Shown here: one piece after another, positions 10,242-20,205 of the stretch
How positions within the stretch are numbered: position 1 is the first letter of the stretch
Layout of the letters: each line of letters begins with the position of its first letter
DNA from: an uncultured Methanosarcinales archaeon
GTDB lineage: Archaea > Halobacteriota > Methanosarcinia > Methanosarcinales > Methanosarcinaceae
Direction of reading: 5' to 3'
Length of the DNA: 64,000 nt
Assembly: GCA_964560735.1 (NCBI GenBank)
Contig: CAZLNG010000005.1
Location: forward strand, 2,246-66,245
Made by a program: the position numbers and the translations under genes
Notes under the pieces: model-generated
Database searches by the model: none
What the model saw: the letters and a program-made list of their open reading frames with translations, nothing else
Told to the model about the DNA's origin: nothing

Positions 10242-10649
10242 TCAGGCAGAAGTTTCTTTGTTCAGGATATAGGAAATCATTCCAGGGTTAAGTTTGCTTT
10301 CCCTTGAAACTTTTGTCTCAATATCCTCAACTGATTTGCCTTCTATTTTCATTTCCTTTATTTTTTCAATCACTGAAGAAGGAATGGTATAGTATTCGTT
10401 TATATCCTTCCTGTGCCCCCAGACATCTCCTTCGAGAAGCTGGATTCTCTGCATCTCAAGGAACATTTGAATAGATTTGGAGACAGTATACATGTAAGAT
10501 TTCGGCAGCTGAATTACCTCGACCTTCGGGCAGGTTTCAACAAGCCCGAAGATGTCTTTATTAGACGGCCTGAATGCCAGATGGACAATACGTTCATTAG
10601 GATTTAATGTAAAGATTTCTTCTCTTGAACTAACTACTCGAATTTTCAT
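10242..10649 (-). CDS. DUF1699-family protein
   Basis: MKIRVVSSREEIFTLNPNERIVHLAFRPSNKD...GDVWGHRKD, a multicopy Methanosarcina family. Confidence 0.9.
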   Translation of the reverse strand: MKIRVVSSREEIFTLNPNERIVHLAFRPSNKDIFGLVETCPKVEVIQLPKSYMYTVSKSIQMFLEMQRIQLLEGDVWGHRKDINEYYTIPSSVIEKIKEMKIEGKSVEDIETKVSRESKLNPGMISYILNKETSA

Positions 10650-11044
10650 ATTTTTACCCCAAGTTAATTTTTTTTAAAAGAACTTTAGTATAAAATATAG
10701 ATATTGATTATAAATATATATCCCATTCAACTAAGATTATTTAGATAGTATTTCGGATCTATCATTAGATATATCATTTATATAACAGCTGATCTCAAAA
10801 CTCAAAATTATGTCCTTATATTTCAAATTTGAAATTATCATTGATCTACTTATTAGGATAATAGTTATAAATTCTCGTTGATGTAGTAACAAAGTAGGTT
10901 TTGGGAGGAGCTCAACAGGACTTAAACAGTTTCCTACTTTGTGGTACCTTTGAACCCTGCCATTTGCCAGAAAAAAGAAAAACATAAGATAGAATCTGGA
11001 CATAAGATAATATCTGAAGATTTATGAGATAGGAGCTGGTCTTA

Positions 11045-11491
11045 ATGGGAGAAAACTCAGAGTTTAATCTGGCCCCCAATGAAAAATATTCATATCGATG
11101 CCAGAGCAAGGTAGATAAAAAAGCTGAAAGAGTACTTTCCCTACTGCCTGAATCAATAATAGAACGTACAAGAGACTGTATCCAGATAAACTTCGGAGGA
11201 GAAGAAGGTATTGTAATTCTTGTAACTCCAGAAGCAATTGAATTAAGGCTGCCAACTGTTGAATGGACTATGGGAGCCTATGGCCCGGTTGCTTCAAGCA
11301 GACTATGGAAGCGGGTTCAGGAAAGCGAAATTACTGACATAGAACTTGAAACTCTCCTCAATGAAGCTGTAAAGGAACGTCAAAAAGAGTACAAAAATTG
11401 CCGCTTTTGTAAAGCACGTTTTCCTCCTGAACATATGCATGGGGATGTATGCCATGGGTGTGCTGAGAAATATTTAGGAGTGGTACATTAA
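11045..11491 (+). CDS. Hypothetical protein with C-terminal CxxC...CxxC zinc-finger-like motif
   Basis: 148-aa ORF with AGGAG SD; CRFC...HMHGDVCHGC. Confidence 0.8.
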   Translation: MGENSEFNLAPNEKYSYRCQSKVDKKAERVLSLLPESIIERTRDCIQINFGGEEGIVILVTPEAIELRLPTVEWTMGAYGPVASSRLWKRVQESEITDIELETLLNEAVKERQKEYKNCRFCKARFPPEHMHGDVCHGCAEKYLGVVH

Positions 11492-11508
11492 TACAGGGTT
11501 TTAGAGCT

Positions 11509-11685
11509 TTAAGCGATGGTAATCGCGCCATGTGCACATATATCTAAACATATGCCACATTCATCACATTTATCTTTCATCACAAATGAAACATCATTAT
11601 CATTTAGGGAAATTGCACGTGCAGGGCATTCGCCTATACAGCTTCCGCAACCAACGCAAGTGTCGGCATTAACTTTTACTACCAT
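11509..11685 (-). CDS. 2[4Fe-4S] ferredoxin, 58 aa (not in ORF track)
   Basis: MVVKVNADTCVGCGSCIGECPARAISLNDNDVSFVMKDKCDECGICLDICAHGAITIA: two CxxCxxCxxxC motifs; AAGGAG SD. Confidence 0.93.
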   Translation of the reverse strand: MVVKVNADTCVGCGSCIGECPARAISLNDNDVSFVMKDKCDECGICLDICAHGAITIA

Positions 11686-12275
11686 GGTTTTTACTCCTTA
11701 TTTTATCGGTAAGTTAATTTCATTAGTTAATTCCATATACGCATATTGTTGATGATCTGTGTTGTCTAAGGGCTAAGTTAAAATTTCAGTAAATACAGCC
11801 TGGATGCATAATTATTTAAAGGCATTGTCTACAGGCTAGGAAGCTTATTTCCTATTTCTTACTTATTAATATAAAAATCTATTCAATTATATAAATATTC
11901 TGATTTTTTTAATGTCAGTAGACTGGGAAGTGATGCAATTGTAATCATTACCTGAATGAAAAAATAGGGTTCTTTAAAGTCTTCAGTGGATACATAATTT
12001 TAGAGCATGTCTACTTCTTATAAAATATAGTCTTCATTTTATACTTAATTCTCGCACCTGGGCTGGTTTTCTAGATTTTTTTTCTTTATGGCCTTCTAAT
12101 GTTTACTCTTTTACGCAGAAGGGTGTTTCAGCGATTTTTTGCCAGAATACTGGCTTTCAATAAATGATTTTAAATTCATTTGTTTTTATATATTCTGAAT
12201 TTAAAATTAAATGATTAAATATTGAATTTATGACTTGGGAATGAATGTTTTTTAAATGAATATAAGGGGAAGAGA

Positions 12276-15059
12276 ATGGTGAAAATTAACAAAAAATTTT
12301 ATTCGATAGTTTTAGCTTCAACAATCTTATTTTTTGTGTTTTCTATTTTAATTTCATCCATAGCATTAGCTTCCCAGGAAATCAGGCTCTCAGAGGATAT
12401 TGGAGAGAATGGAGAACCTTCTATTTATGGTGATAAAGTGGTGTGGACATATTGGGATAAAATTCATCTTTATGACTTAAAAACCGGAAACGATACCATA
12501 ATTAGTGTGCCTGAGCATTATTCTGCAGTACATCCTGCCATATATGATAATAAAATTGTATGCTGTCTTTATAATGTAAATGAGAACCCAGTTCGCGCCA
12601 GAACTTACGTGTATGATATACTTAATTCTACAAGTTCGCTGATCACAGAGAATGTGTCCTGTGCTTCTGATATTTACGGTGATAGAATTGTGTGGGCTAC
12701 GGAGCGCAATTACAAGACAGATGTCTATATGTACGATCTTAACACTCTCAAGGAAACTCAGATCACTACCAGTGGCTCTGCAAGCAGTCCTGTCATTTAT
12801 GACAACAAAATAGTGTGGGTGGACAATGGGCGCAATAGAATTGCTATTGATAAACATAACAATTCCATCAGTAGACCGGATATTTATATGTATGATCTCT
12901 CCACCAGGAAGGAAACTAGGATCAGCACTAGCGGAAAAGCATCAATTCCTACTATCTATGGTGACAGGATAGTATGGATGGATAGTCGCAATTCAGACTT
13001 TATAGGAAATGGGGATGTCTACATGTATAACCTCTCCACTAAGAAAGAAAGCCGGATCTCTTACAGCGGACATTCTTCTCCGTCTCTAGCAATCTATGGT
13101 GATAGGATAGTGTGGCAGGACTACCGTAATGGAAAAGAAGATATTTACATGTATAATCTCTCAACTCAGAAGGAGACTCAGATTACCACCAGCGGAAGTG
13201 CACACGATCCTGCTGTCTATGGAGACAGGATAGTGTATAGGGATAATCGTCAAAGATTGCCCCCTGGTGATGGTTATTTTAGTGATATCTATATGTATGA
13301 TCTCACTGCTGGACACATAGAACCACAAGCTGGGTTTACATCCAATGTGACTTCTGGAACAGCACCTCTAAAGGTGTTATTCACTGATACCAGCACTGGT
13401 GGAGTACCAACTTCCTGGCACTGGGACACTGGTGATGGTATTTACTCAAAACATGCCATGAATGTAACCCAAACGTTTACAAACCCAGGGGTGTACAACG
13501 TTACTTTAACAGTTGCAAATGAAGCAGGCAATAGTACGGTAACGAAACCGAATTATATTACTGTAACTCCCCCAGAACCACCAGTGGCAGATTTTTATTC
13601 TAATGTAACCTCTGGAAAAGCACCTTTAATGGTGTCTTTCTATGGTAGAATTATTGACAAAGCTACAAGTAAAGGCGAGGAATCTATTTCTTGGTATTGG
13701 GATTTTGGCGATGGCATTTATTCAAAACACATTACGAATGCAATCCACACTACGGATGCAATCCACACATTTACAAAACCAGGGATTTACACAGTAAATC
13801 TTACCGTAGGAAATTTTGTGGGTAATAGTACAGCGACAAAGCCAAATTACATAGTCGTTATCGATCCAAAAGCTCCCGATGCAAATTTTAGTAGTGACAT
13901 TATCGAGGGTTATGTTCCCCTGACGGTACAGTTTAATGACAATTCTCAAAATGCAACGTCAAGGGTATGGGACTTCGACAATAATGGAAAAACAGACTCA
14001 ACCGATGTAAATCCTGTTTATAAATTTACAACGCCAGGAATCCATACTGTTAACCTGACAGTAAGAAATGCTTACGGCACTACCTCAAAAACTAATACAA
14101 TAATTGTACTTACAGAAAATGAGATCCGGATTACAACCAGCGAATTAGCATCCCATCCTGATATCTATGGTAACAGAATAGTGTGGCAAGATTTTCGCAA
14201 CGGAAACTACGATATCTACATGTACGATCTTTCCACTTCCAGGGAAACCAGGATCACTGCTAATGAATCAAATCAGACACATCCTTCACTCTACGGTGAT
14301 AGAATAGTGTGGCAGGATGATCGTAATGGACAGTATGCCATCTATATGTACAATATATCTACTTCCAAAGAAACTCAAATAAGCATTAGCGGGCGCGCTC
14401 AGAGACCTAAAATCTATGGTGACAGGATAATGTGGATGGATTATCGAACTAGAAATCAGGGTATTTACGTGCACAACGTATCCACTTCAAAGGAAAGTCG
14501 GATAATTTCAGAAGGAGTACCACAGTTTATAAATATGGAAGGTAATTTGATAGTCTGGCATGATTTAAGATACATAAGTCCGGATATTTACATGTACGAT
14601 CTATCCACTTCCAAGGAAACTCAAATAACCTCCAACGGAAAAGCAACATTCCCTAATGTCTATGGTGACAGGATAGTGTGGCAAGAGTGGCACAGTGAAG
14701 ATGGCACCACCAACATCTGCATGTACAATTTATCTACTTCCAAGAAAACTCAGATTACTACCAATAAATCAAGTCAATACTCTCCCGCTATTTATGGTAA
14801 CAAGATAGTATGGGAAGATTACCGCAACGAAAACATTAATATTTACATGTACGATCTCTCAACTCAGAAGGAGACTCAGATTACCACCAGCGGAGGAGCA
14901 GAAGATCCTGATATCTATGGAGACAGGATTGTATATAGGAAGTATAGTCGTCAAAGATTACCCCTTGATGATGTTTTTTTTAGTGATATCTATATGTATG
15001 ATCTCATTGCTAGACCCACAGAACCACAAGCTGGATTTACATCCAATGTAACATCTTGA
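12276..15059 (+). CDS. Secreted cell-surface protein with two beta-propeller repeat blocks and PKD domains, truncated at the C-terminus
   Basis: Signal peptide; IYGDRIVW..DIYMYDLST repeats; PKD motifs; ends at the start of another PKD repeat (GFTSNVTS-stop). Confidence 0.9.
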   Translation: MVKINKKFYSIVLASTILFFVFSILISSIALASQEIRLSEDIGENGEPSIYGDKVVWTYWDKIHLYDLKTGNDTIISVPEHYSAVHPAIYDNKIVCCLYNVNENPVRARTYVYDILNSTSSLITENVSCASDIYGDRIVWATERNYKTDVYMYDLNTLKETQITTSGSASSPVIYDNKIVWVDNGRNRIAIDKHNNSISRPDIYMYDLSTRKETRISTSGKASIPTIYGDRIVWMDSRNSDFIGNGDVYMYNLSTKKESRISYSGHSSPSLAIYGDRIVWQDYRNGKEDIYMYNLSTQKETQITTSGSAHDPAVYGDRIVYRDNRQRLPPGDGYFSDIYMYDLTAGHIEPQAGFTSNVTSGTAPLKVLFTDTSTGGVPTSWHWDTGDGIYSKHAMNVTQTFTNPGVYNVTLTVANEAGNSTVTKPNYITVTPPEPPVADFYSNVTSGKAPLMVSFYGRIIDKATSKGEESISWYWDFGDGIYSKHITNAIHTTDAIHTFTKPGIYTVNLTVGNFVGNSTATKPNYIVVIDPKAPDANFSSDIIEGYVPLTVQFNDNSQNATSRVWDFDNNGKTDSTDVNPVYKFTTPGIHTVNLTVRNAYGTTSKTNTIIVLTENEIRITTSELASHPDIYGNRIVWQDFRNGNYDIYMYDLSTSRETRITANESNQTHPSLYGDRIVWQDDRNGQYAIYMYNISTSKETQISISGRAQRPKIYGDRIMWMDYRTRNQGIYVHNVSTSKESRIISEGVPQFINMEGNLIVWHDLRYISPDIYMYDLSTSKETQITSNGKATFPNVYGDRIVWQEWHSEDGTTNICMYNLSTSKKTQITTNKSSQYSPAIYGNKIVWEDYRNENINIYMYDLSTQKETQITTSGGAEDPDIYGDRIVYRKYSRQRLPLDDVFFSDIYMYDLIARPTEPQAGFTSNVTS

Positions 15060-15460
15060 AAAGTACATCTAATGTTTTATAAGCTGGTCAAGTAAAATCG
15101 AAGCAATTGCATCCTGGTATTGGGATTTCGGCGATTCTACCAATTCAAAGGATGCCATGAATGCAACTTACACGTTTACAAAGCCAGGAAATTATACAGT
15201 CGGTTTAACTGTAGAAATGCTGCAGGGAGCAGTACAGCGACAAAGCCACGTTACATAGTTGTTACCGATCCTAGCACTTCGGTTGCAGACTTTAATAGCA
15301 AAATTACAGAAGGTTTGCTCCTCTGACGGTATAGTTTAACTATCTTTCCTAGAAAGTAACTTCAAGGACTAGGATTTCAATGGTAATGGACATCCCGGTT
15401 TAAATCATATGAACCGGTTTATGTCTATGCAAATCCTGGAATTTATACTTTTAACTGACC
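15060..15460 (+). pseudogene. Decayed PKD repeats continuing the upstream gene
   Basis: TCCTGGTATTGGGATTTCGGCGAT, ACAAAGCCAGGAAATTATACAGTC and GCAGACTTTAATAGC mirror the 13690-14060 region with frameshifts and stops. Confidence 0.75.
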
Positions 15461-15584
15461 GAAAGATCTACCCGTACTAATCATTAATTTCTTTTTCAGA
15501 GCAACTTTTAAAAAATACGGTTGTGCATAATTTATACAAAAAAGAGTGGCATTTTTTGAAGATACTTATATCCCTCTACAAAAA

Positions 15585-15669
15585 TACGAGGTATGGGATT
15601 CGAACGCACGATCTCCTACGAGACCAGGCTCTGAATCTGGCGCATTTGACCTGGCTGGGCAATCCTCGC
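15585..15669 (-). pseudogene. Degenerate tRNA-Leu(CAG)-like gene
   Basis: GCGAGGATTGCCCAGCCAGGTCAAATGCGCCAGATTCAGAGCCTGGTCTCGTAGGAGATCGTGCGTTCGAATCCCATACCTCGTA: type II tRNA layout with anticodon CAG but mismatches in the acceptor (A7:A66), anticodon and T stems. Confidence 0.7.
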
Positions 15670-15762
15670 AAATTGAGCGATATATTAACAAGCCTTTGAG
15701 TGAAGTCACTGTAAGATATCTATCAAAACTGATTATAACTTAAGGTAAAAATTATTTTTTAG

Positions 15763-15847
15763 TGCGAGGGATGGGATTCGAACCCACGAAATCCTTCGAT
15801 ACCAGATCTTAAGTCTGGCGCCTTTGACCGGGCTGGGCGACCCTCGC
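15763..15847 (-). tRNA. tRNA-Leu(TAA)
   Basis: GCGAGGG/CCCTCGC acceptor stem, CCAGA-CTTAAGA-TCTGG anticodon arm, long variable arm, GTTCGAATC T loop. Confidence 0.95.
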
Positions 15848-15950
15848 ATATTGAAGGGTAGTTTTTTTATCTCTGCTTCTCTTATATCTCTTTACTTTTG
15901 TTCTTTTCGCTTGGGTTTACTTTAACATGTTTTTTACTCCAACATGTTGT

Positions 15951-15992
15951 ATCTTAAGTCCGGAGCCTTTGACTGGGCTGGGCAACCCTCGC
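15951..15992 (-). other. 5' half (42 nt) of a tRNA-Leu(TAA) gene
   Basis: GCGAGGGTTGCCCAGCCCAGTCAAAGGCTCCGGACTTAAGAT matches the first 42 nt of the adjacent tRNA with 4 substitutions and stops just after the anticodon loop. Confidence 0.85.
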
Positions 15993-16098
15993 ATTTGAGA
16001 AAAGAGAAGGTTTGTTTTTCAGCCGCAAAGATTTATTATTCGGATTTGCGGACATGCTTTAAATAAAGTTAAATTATTTAAAGTTTATTCTTTACCTT

Positions 16099-16854
16099 AT
16101 GGAAATTACATTTCTTGGCACTGGAGTTGCGATCCCTCAGAAGGGTCGAGTACAGTCCGGAGTTTTTGCCAGACTTGAGGATAAGCCACTGCTTATTGAT
16201 TGTGGAAGCGGCGTGTTGAGCAGGTTCCCTGAAGCTGGGCTTTCTCATACAGAGATAGACACTGTTTTACTCTCACATCTTCATCTGGATCACGTGGCTG
16301 ACCTGCTTCCCCTTATAAAAGCAAACTGGCTCCGGGGAAAGACCGATATGAAGGTCTACGGGCCTCAAGGAACTGAGGACTGGTTTTCGATGGTCATTGC
16401 TGCATACGAATATATTTTAGATGAGGTAGAAGTTGACATTGTTGAGCTTCAGCCTGGAAAAGACTTTACTCCTGACGGTTTTGACTGTGAGATCACATGT
16501 ACGGCAGCAAAGCATAGTGTCCCAACTCTGGCTTACCGCGTGACTGCCGAAGATGGAGAATTCGTCTATTCTGGAGATACAGAGCCAAGTAGGGACATCC
16601 TGGACCTTGCAATAGGAACCGACCTTCTTATTCATGAATGCTCTTTTCCTCCAGGCGTAAAAGTCACAAACCACACAACTCCAGGCACACTTGCAGAGCT
16701 ACTGGAAGAGTATAGCAAAGAAATTGGAAGCATCTGCCTTACACACTTCTATCCTGACATGCGGGGGCACGAAAAAGAAGCTGTATCTCGTCTGAGAAGG
16801 TATTTCGACGGAGAAGTTATTCTTGCAGAGGATTTAATGAAACTCGAAATATAA
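16099..16854 (+). CDS. Metallo-beta-lactamase-fold hydrolase, RNase Z/BN-like
   Basis: ITFLGTG, LIDCG, SHLHLDH metal motif, YSGDT, LIHECSF, LTHF. Confidence 0.88.
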   Translation: MEITFLGTGVAIPQKGRVQSGVFARLEDKPLLIDCGSGVLSRFPEAGLSHTEIDTVLLSHLHLDHVADLLPLIKANWLRGKTDMKVYGPQGTEDWFSMVIAAYEYILDEVEVDIVELQPGKDFTPDGFDCEITCTAAKHSVPTLAYRVTAEDGEFVYSGDTEPSRDILDLAIGTDLLIHECSFPPGVKVTNHTTPGTLAELLEEYSKEIGSICLTHFYPDMRGHEKEAVSRLRRYFDGEVILAEDLMKLEI

Positions 16855-17216
16855 TACAATTTAGAAATAATTTTGGAAACATTTTGGGGAATTGCTTTGG
16901 AAATAATTTAAACTGTTGAACACATTTGTATTGCCAGAAAGCGGAGGAATCCTAAGATACTTGCAAATTTTCTTCATTCCTCCAGCTTTAAACTTGATGG
17001 GCTAAAAGGCTTATAATATTCTCAAAAGTCAGTAATTCAGGTTTAAAGCCCAAAAAATCTGAGAGGAAGACTCAATAAACTAGATTTTTTACTATATTGC
17101 TCTAAATATACATATCCTATTAAAATCCTATAATTAAAATAGCAGAAAAACAAATTAAACTTTTATTAGAAAAGGCTCTAAGATGCATTAAACCCGGGAA
17201 CATAGCCCATTACCAG

Positions 17217-17570
17217 GTGATTATTATGGCAAGATTACTCTCTGAAACGGATATAGGTATTCTGAAAACGGTAGCTCCTGAATGTGAGGGATACCTCTGT
17301 TCAGGTTCAGGAATGACCTATCGTTCTATCCTTCCACCCCTAGCAAATCACTATTCGAAAGACGCTGATGATTTCCTTAGAAGGATAAAGTTACTGTCCA
17401 GATATGACCTTGAATACCTTGTCAGGCTTATCTTGTCAGGAGAAGAAAGCCTTGGCTGTGTACCATTTGAGTATATAGGCCTCTTCATAGGATATGTCTC
17501 TGAAACGCTTGGTGAAGAAATAGCGGTTCAGGTCAAGAATTCATACGAAAGATCAGAGTGTCCAGATTAA
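17217..17570 (+). CDS. Conserved hypothetical protein
   Basis: Clean ORF; probable start ATG 17226 after AGGTGA SD; CxxxxCSGSG motif. Confidence 0.75.
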   Translation: MIIMARLLSETDIGILKTVAPECEGYLCSGSGMTYRSILPPLANHYSKDADDFLRRIKLLSRYDLEYLVRLILSGEESLGCVPFEYIGLFIGYVSETLGEEIAVQVKNSYERSECPD

Positions 17571-17742
17571 ACGTAGCAGGCGTAACGACATTACTTAAAT
17601 CTAAATATAACTAATTTTTAGTTACCACATACCTGGTGTAAATCCGCATATATTTATCATTCATTTATATATGTGGTCCAAAAATCTATAAGTATATAAT
17701 ATATTCCTGCATATTATATGAAATAAATTCAACAAAATTTTT

Positions 17743-19125
17743 TTACACTCTCCCATATTTATCTTCGAGTCTCTCTATATCATCTTCCCCAAGATAATCT
17801 CCCTGCGCGACCTCAATGAGAACAAGATTTTGACTGCCTATATTTTTAATCCGATGTATCTCATTTACGGGAATATCAACCGAATCACCGGAGAGAACCC
17901 GGAGCTTACCCTTGTTTTTAGTTACAAGTCCCTCGCCATTGATTATATACCAGTGTTCACTTCTGTGAGAATGGCGCTGAAGTGAGATCTCAGCCTGAGG
18001 CAGGATTGTAAGGTTTTTGACTTTATATCCAGACCTCTGCATAAGCACTTCATAAAATCCCCAGGGCCTTTTAGCCTTATTTTTACGTATTTCTAGAATT
18101 GTTTTGTATACCTTGATATAATCATCTACCATTCTATCAACGGAGAAATTTTTCTCCACACTTTCCCTGCATCTTTTACGGGATATGGTACCAATCTTCT
18201 GTACAGCTTTAGCAGCTTCATCCACGCTATTTACCAGAAACCCGGTCTCTCCATCTATAATAAGTTCAGGCATCGAACCTCTATTCATTGCAATTACCGG
18301 TGTACCGCTACCCATTGCTTCGACTACACCAAGTCCAAAGGCCTCATCGTAATTTATCATATGCAGTAAAGCGTACGCATTCGACAGAAGTTCCTTCTTG
18401 AATTCAGGATCTACATGCCCTTCGTAGATAATCTGCTCATTATCAATGTGGGGCTGAACTTCTTTTTCAAAATAAGTCTGATCCGCGATGAAACCTGCTA
18501 TTCGAAGTCTTCGTCCTGTTTTTTTTGCGACTTCTATTGCTTCTTTTGCACCTTTGTCTTTGTGCAGGCGTGATAAAAAGAGGAGATAATCCTGCGGTTT
18601 CTCATTAAAATGAAGCCCTTGCATGTCAATTCCATGTCTGACGGTTGCTATGTAGTCCAGATCACGGCATCTGTAGGCATCACTTATGGATACATAAAAA
18701 GTTCTATTATTGTATTTTTTGTAAACAGGCAGAATCTTCCTTGAAGAAATCCCATGTATTGTCGTTACAACAGGCGTATCAACAAGCGCACTGTAGGTAA
18801 GAGGGAGATAATCAAAATGGTTATGGATTATATCGAACTCATTTGCCCTTTCAAAAACTTCAGATATATGCATACCCTCGTACACCTTTACTATCATATC
18901 CTTATTTTCTTCGTAAGGTCTTGGAGCGACTGCGTGAAGTTTGGCTTTTGTATGCGAATCAGCTGTCGCAAATAGCGTAACATCAAGACCCCTCTTTACC
19001 AGCCCTTCAGTCAATAAAGATACTACCGATTCCCAGGGACCATACTTTTTAGGTGGCGTACTCCAGGCTATCGGCGATAACATTGCAATTCTTATATTGA
19101 TACCCCCAAAAAAATTCACACCCAA
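17743..19125 (-). CDS. Family 4 glycosyltransferase fused to a C-terminal mannose-6-phosphate isomerase-type cupin
   Basis: RIAMLSPIAWSTPPKKYGPWE N-terminus; EAFGLGVVEAMGSGTPVI GT4 motif; C-terminal RPWG...SLQRHSHRSEHW...GDYLGEDDIERLEDKYGR. Start position uncertain. Confidence 0.88.
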   Translation of the reverse strand: MGVNFFGGINIRIAMLSPIAWSTPPKKYGPWESVVSLLTEGLVKRGLDVTLFATADSHTKAKLHAVAPRPYEENKDMIVKVYEGMHISEVFERANEFDIIHNHFDYLPLTYSALVDTPVVTTIHGISSRKILPVYKKYNNRTFYVSISDAYRCRDLDYIATVRHGIDMQGLHFNEKPQDYLLFLSRLHKDKGAKEAIEVAKKTGRRLRIAGFIADQTYFEKEVQPHIDNEQIIYEGHVDPEFKKELLSNAYALLHMINYDEAFGLGVVEAMGSGTPVIAMNRGSMPELIIDGETGFLVNSVDEAAKAVQKIGTISRKRCRESVEKNFSVDRMVDDYIKVYKTILEIRKNKAKRPWGFYEVLMQRSGYKVKNLTILPQAEISLQRHSHRSEHWYIINGEGLVTKNKGKLRVLSGDSVDIPVNEIHRIKNIGSQNLVLIEVAQGDYLGEDDIERLEDKYGRV

Positions 19126-19170
19126 TTTACGTTTAATTTCCCGAACTTGAATTTAACTTTCTCTTTAACT

Positions 19171-20205
19171 TTATTTTAATTTAGAATTGCCTTTTTTCGG
19201 ATTATCGGAAGTTCCCATTTTCTCCTCAAACCACCTGCAGTATTCATCAGGGCACTGTTCCTCAGGGCACCCGTGGATATACTGCAGGACGTCGTTCACT
19301 TTTGCACTTGCCATTGATACGGAGGTATCCGCACTCCCATAATAAATGCGAATTTCGTCATTTACTAAGACCCACCCACAGGGGAAAACAACGTCATTAA
19401 CATCTCCACTGCGTTCATACATTTCACGAGGCCCAAAAACCCATCCTTCTGACCTGTGCAGCACTTTCGTGGGGTCATCTGGATCAAGGAGAGCCATTCC
19501 CAGTCGATAACTTGCTTTAGCTGTTGTCTGACGTACCCCATGATACATAATTAACCACCCATCAGACACGCGGAGAGGCTGTGGGGATAAACCTATTTTC
19601 CGGGCGTCCCACCATCCACCCTCCCGAGCATACAGAAGAACCTCGTGTTCTCCCCAGTACTTCATGTCCGGGGAAAAAGAAATCCAGATATTTGCCTTTG
19701 CCCCACTTATTAGAGATACAGGCCTGTGCAGCATTGCCCACCTGCCATTAAACCTTACAGGAAAAACGGCAGAGTCTTTATTTTCTGGAGGAAGGGTGGC
19801 ACCTATTCTCTCAAACCTGCGGAAATCCTCTGTAAAAGCAAGTGAAGTTAAAGGGCCTGAATCCGAAAAAGCCGTATACGATATAGCCCACTTTCCCATC
19901 TCGTCTATATAGGTTATACGCGGGTCTTCAATGCCATATATTTCTTCAGGATAGTTTACAGGATCCGGAAAAAATGTTGGTTCTGGGTCAATTTCCCAGC
20001 CGTCAACTCCATTCTTACTTCTGGCTATCGTGAAGTGAGAGAAGCCTCTATGGTCTTCAACACGCACCATTAAAAGAGTCATGCCATCAACTATTGCAGC
20101 TGCCGGGTTAAACACTGAGTGAGCTCGATAAGGCCAATCTTCAACAGTAAGTATCGGATTTTTCTTACACCTGATGAACAGTTCCCCATGGTCTTTCCAG
20201 ATCAT
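19171..20205 (-). CDS. GH130-family glycoside hydrolase/phosphorylase
   Basis: VFNPAA, EDPRIT, NKDSAVFP, LHRP, YHGV, VVFPCG, IYYGSAD motifs. Confidence 0.88.
   Translation of the reverse strand: MIWKDHGELFIRCKKNPILTVEDWPYRAHSVFNPAAAIVDGMTLLMVRVEDHRGFSHFTIARSKNGVDGWEIDPEPTFFPDPVNYPEEIYGIEDPRITYIDEMGKWAISYTAFSDSGPLTSLAFTEDFRRFERIGATLPPENKDSAVFPVRFNGRWAMLHRPVSLISGAKANIWISFSPDMKYWGEHEVLLYAREGGWWDARKIGLSPQPLRVSDGWLIMYHGVRQTTAKASYRLGMALLDPDDPTKVLHRSEGWVFGPREMYERSGDVNDVVFPCGWVLVNDEIRIYYGSADTSVSMASAKVNDVLQYIHGCPEEQCPDEYCRWFEEKMGTSDNPKKGNSKLK

Noticed and set aside
11516..11752. Plus-strand 78-aa ORF
   Set aside because: Antisense shadow of the ferredoxin.
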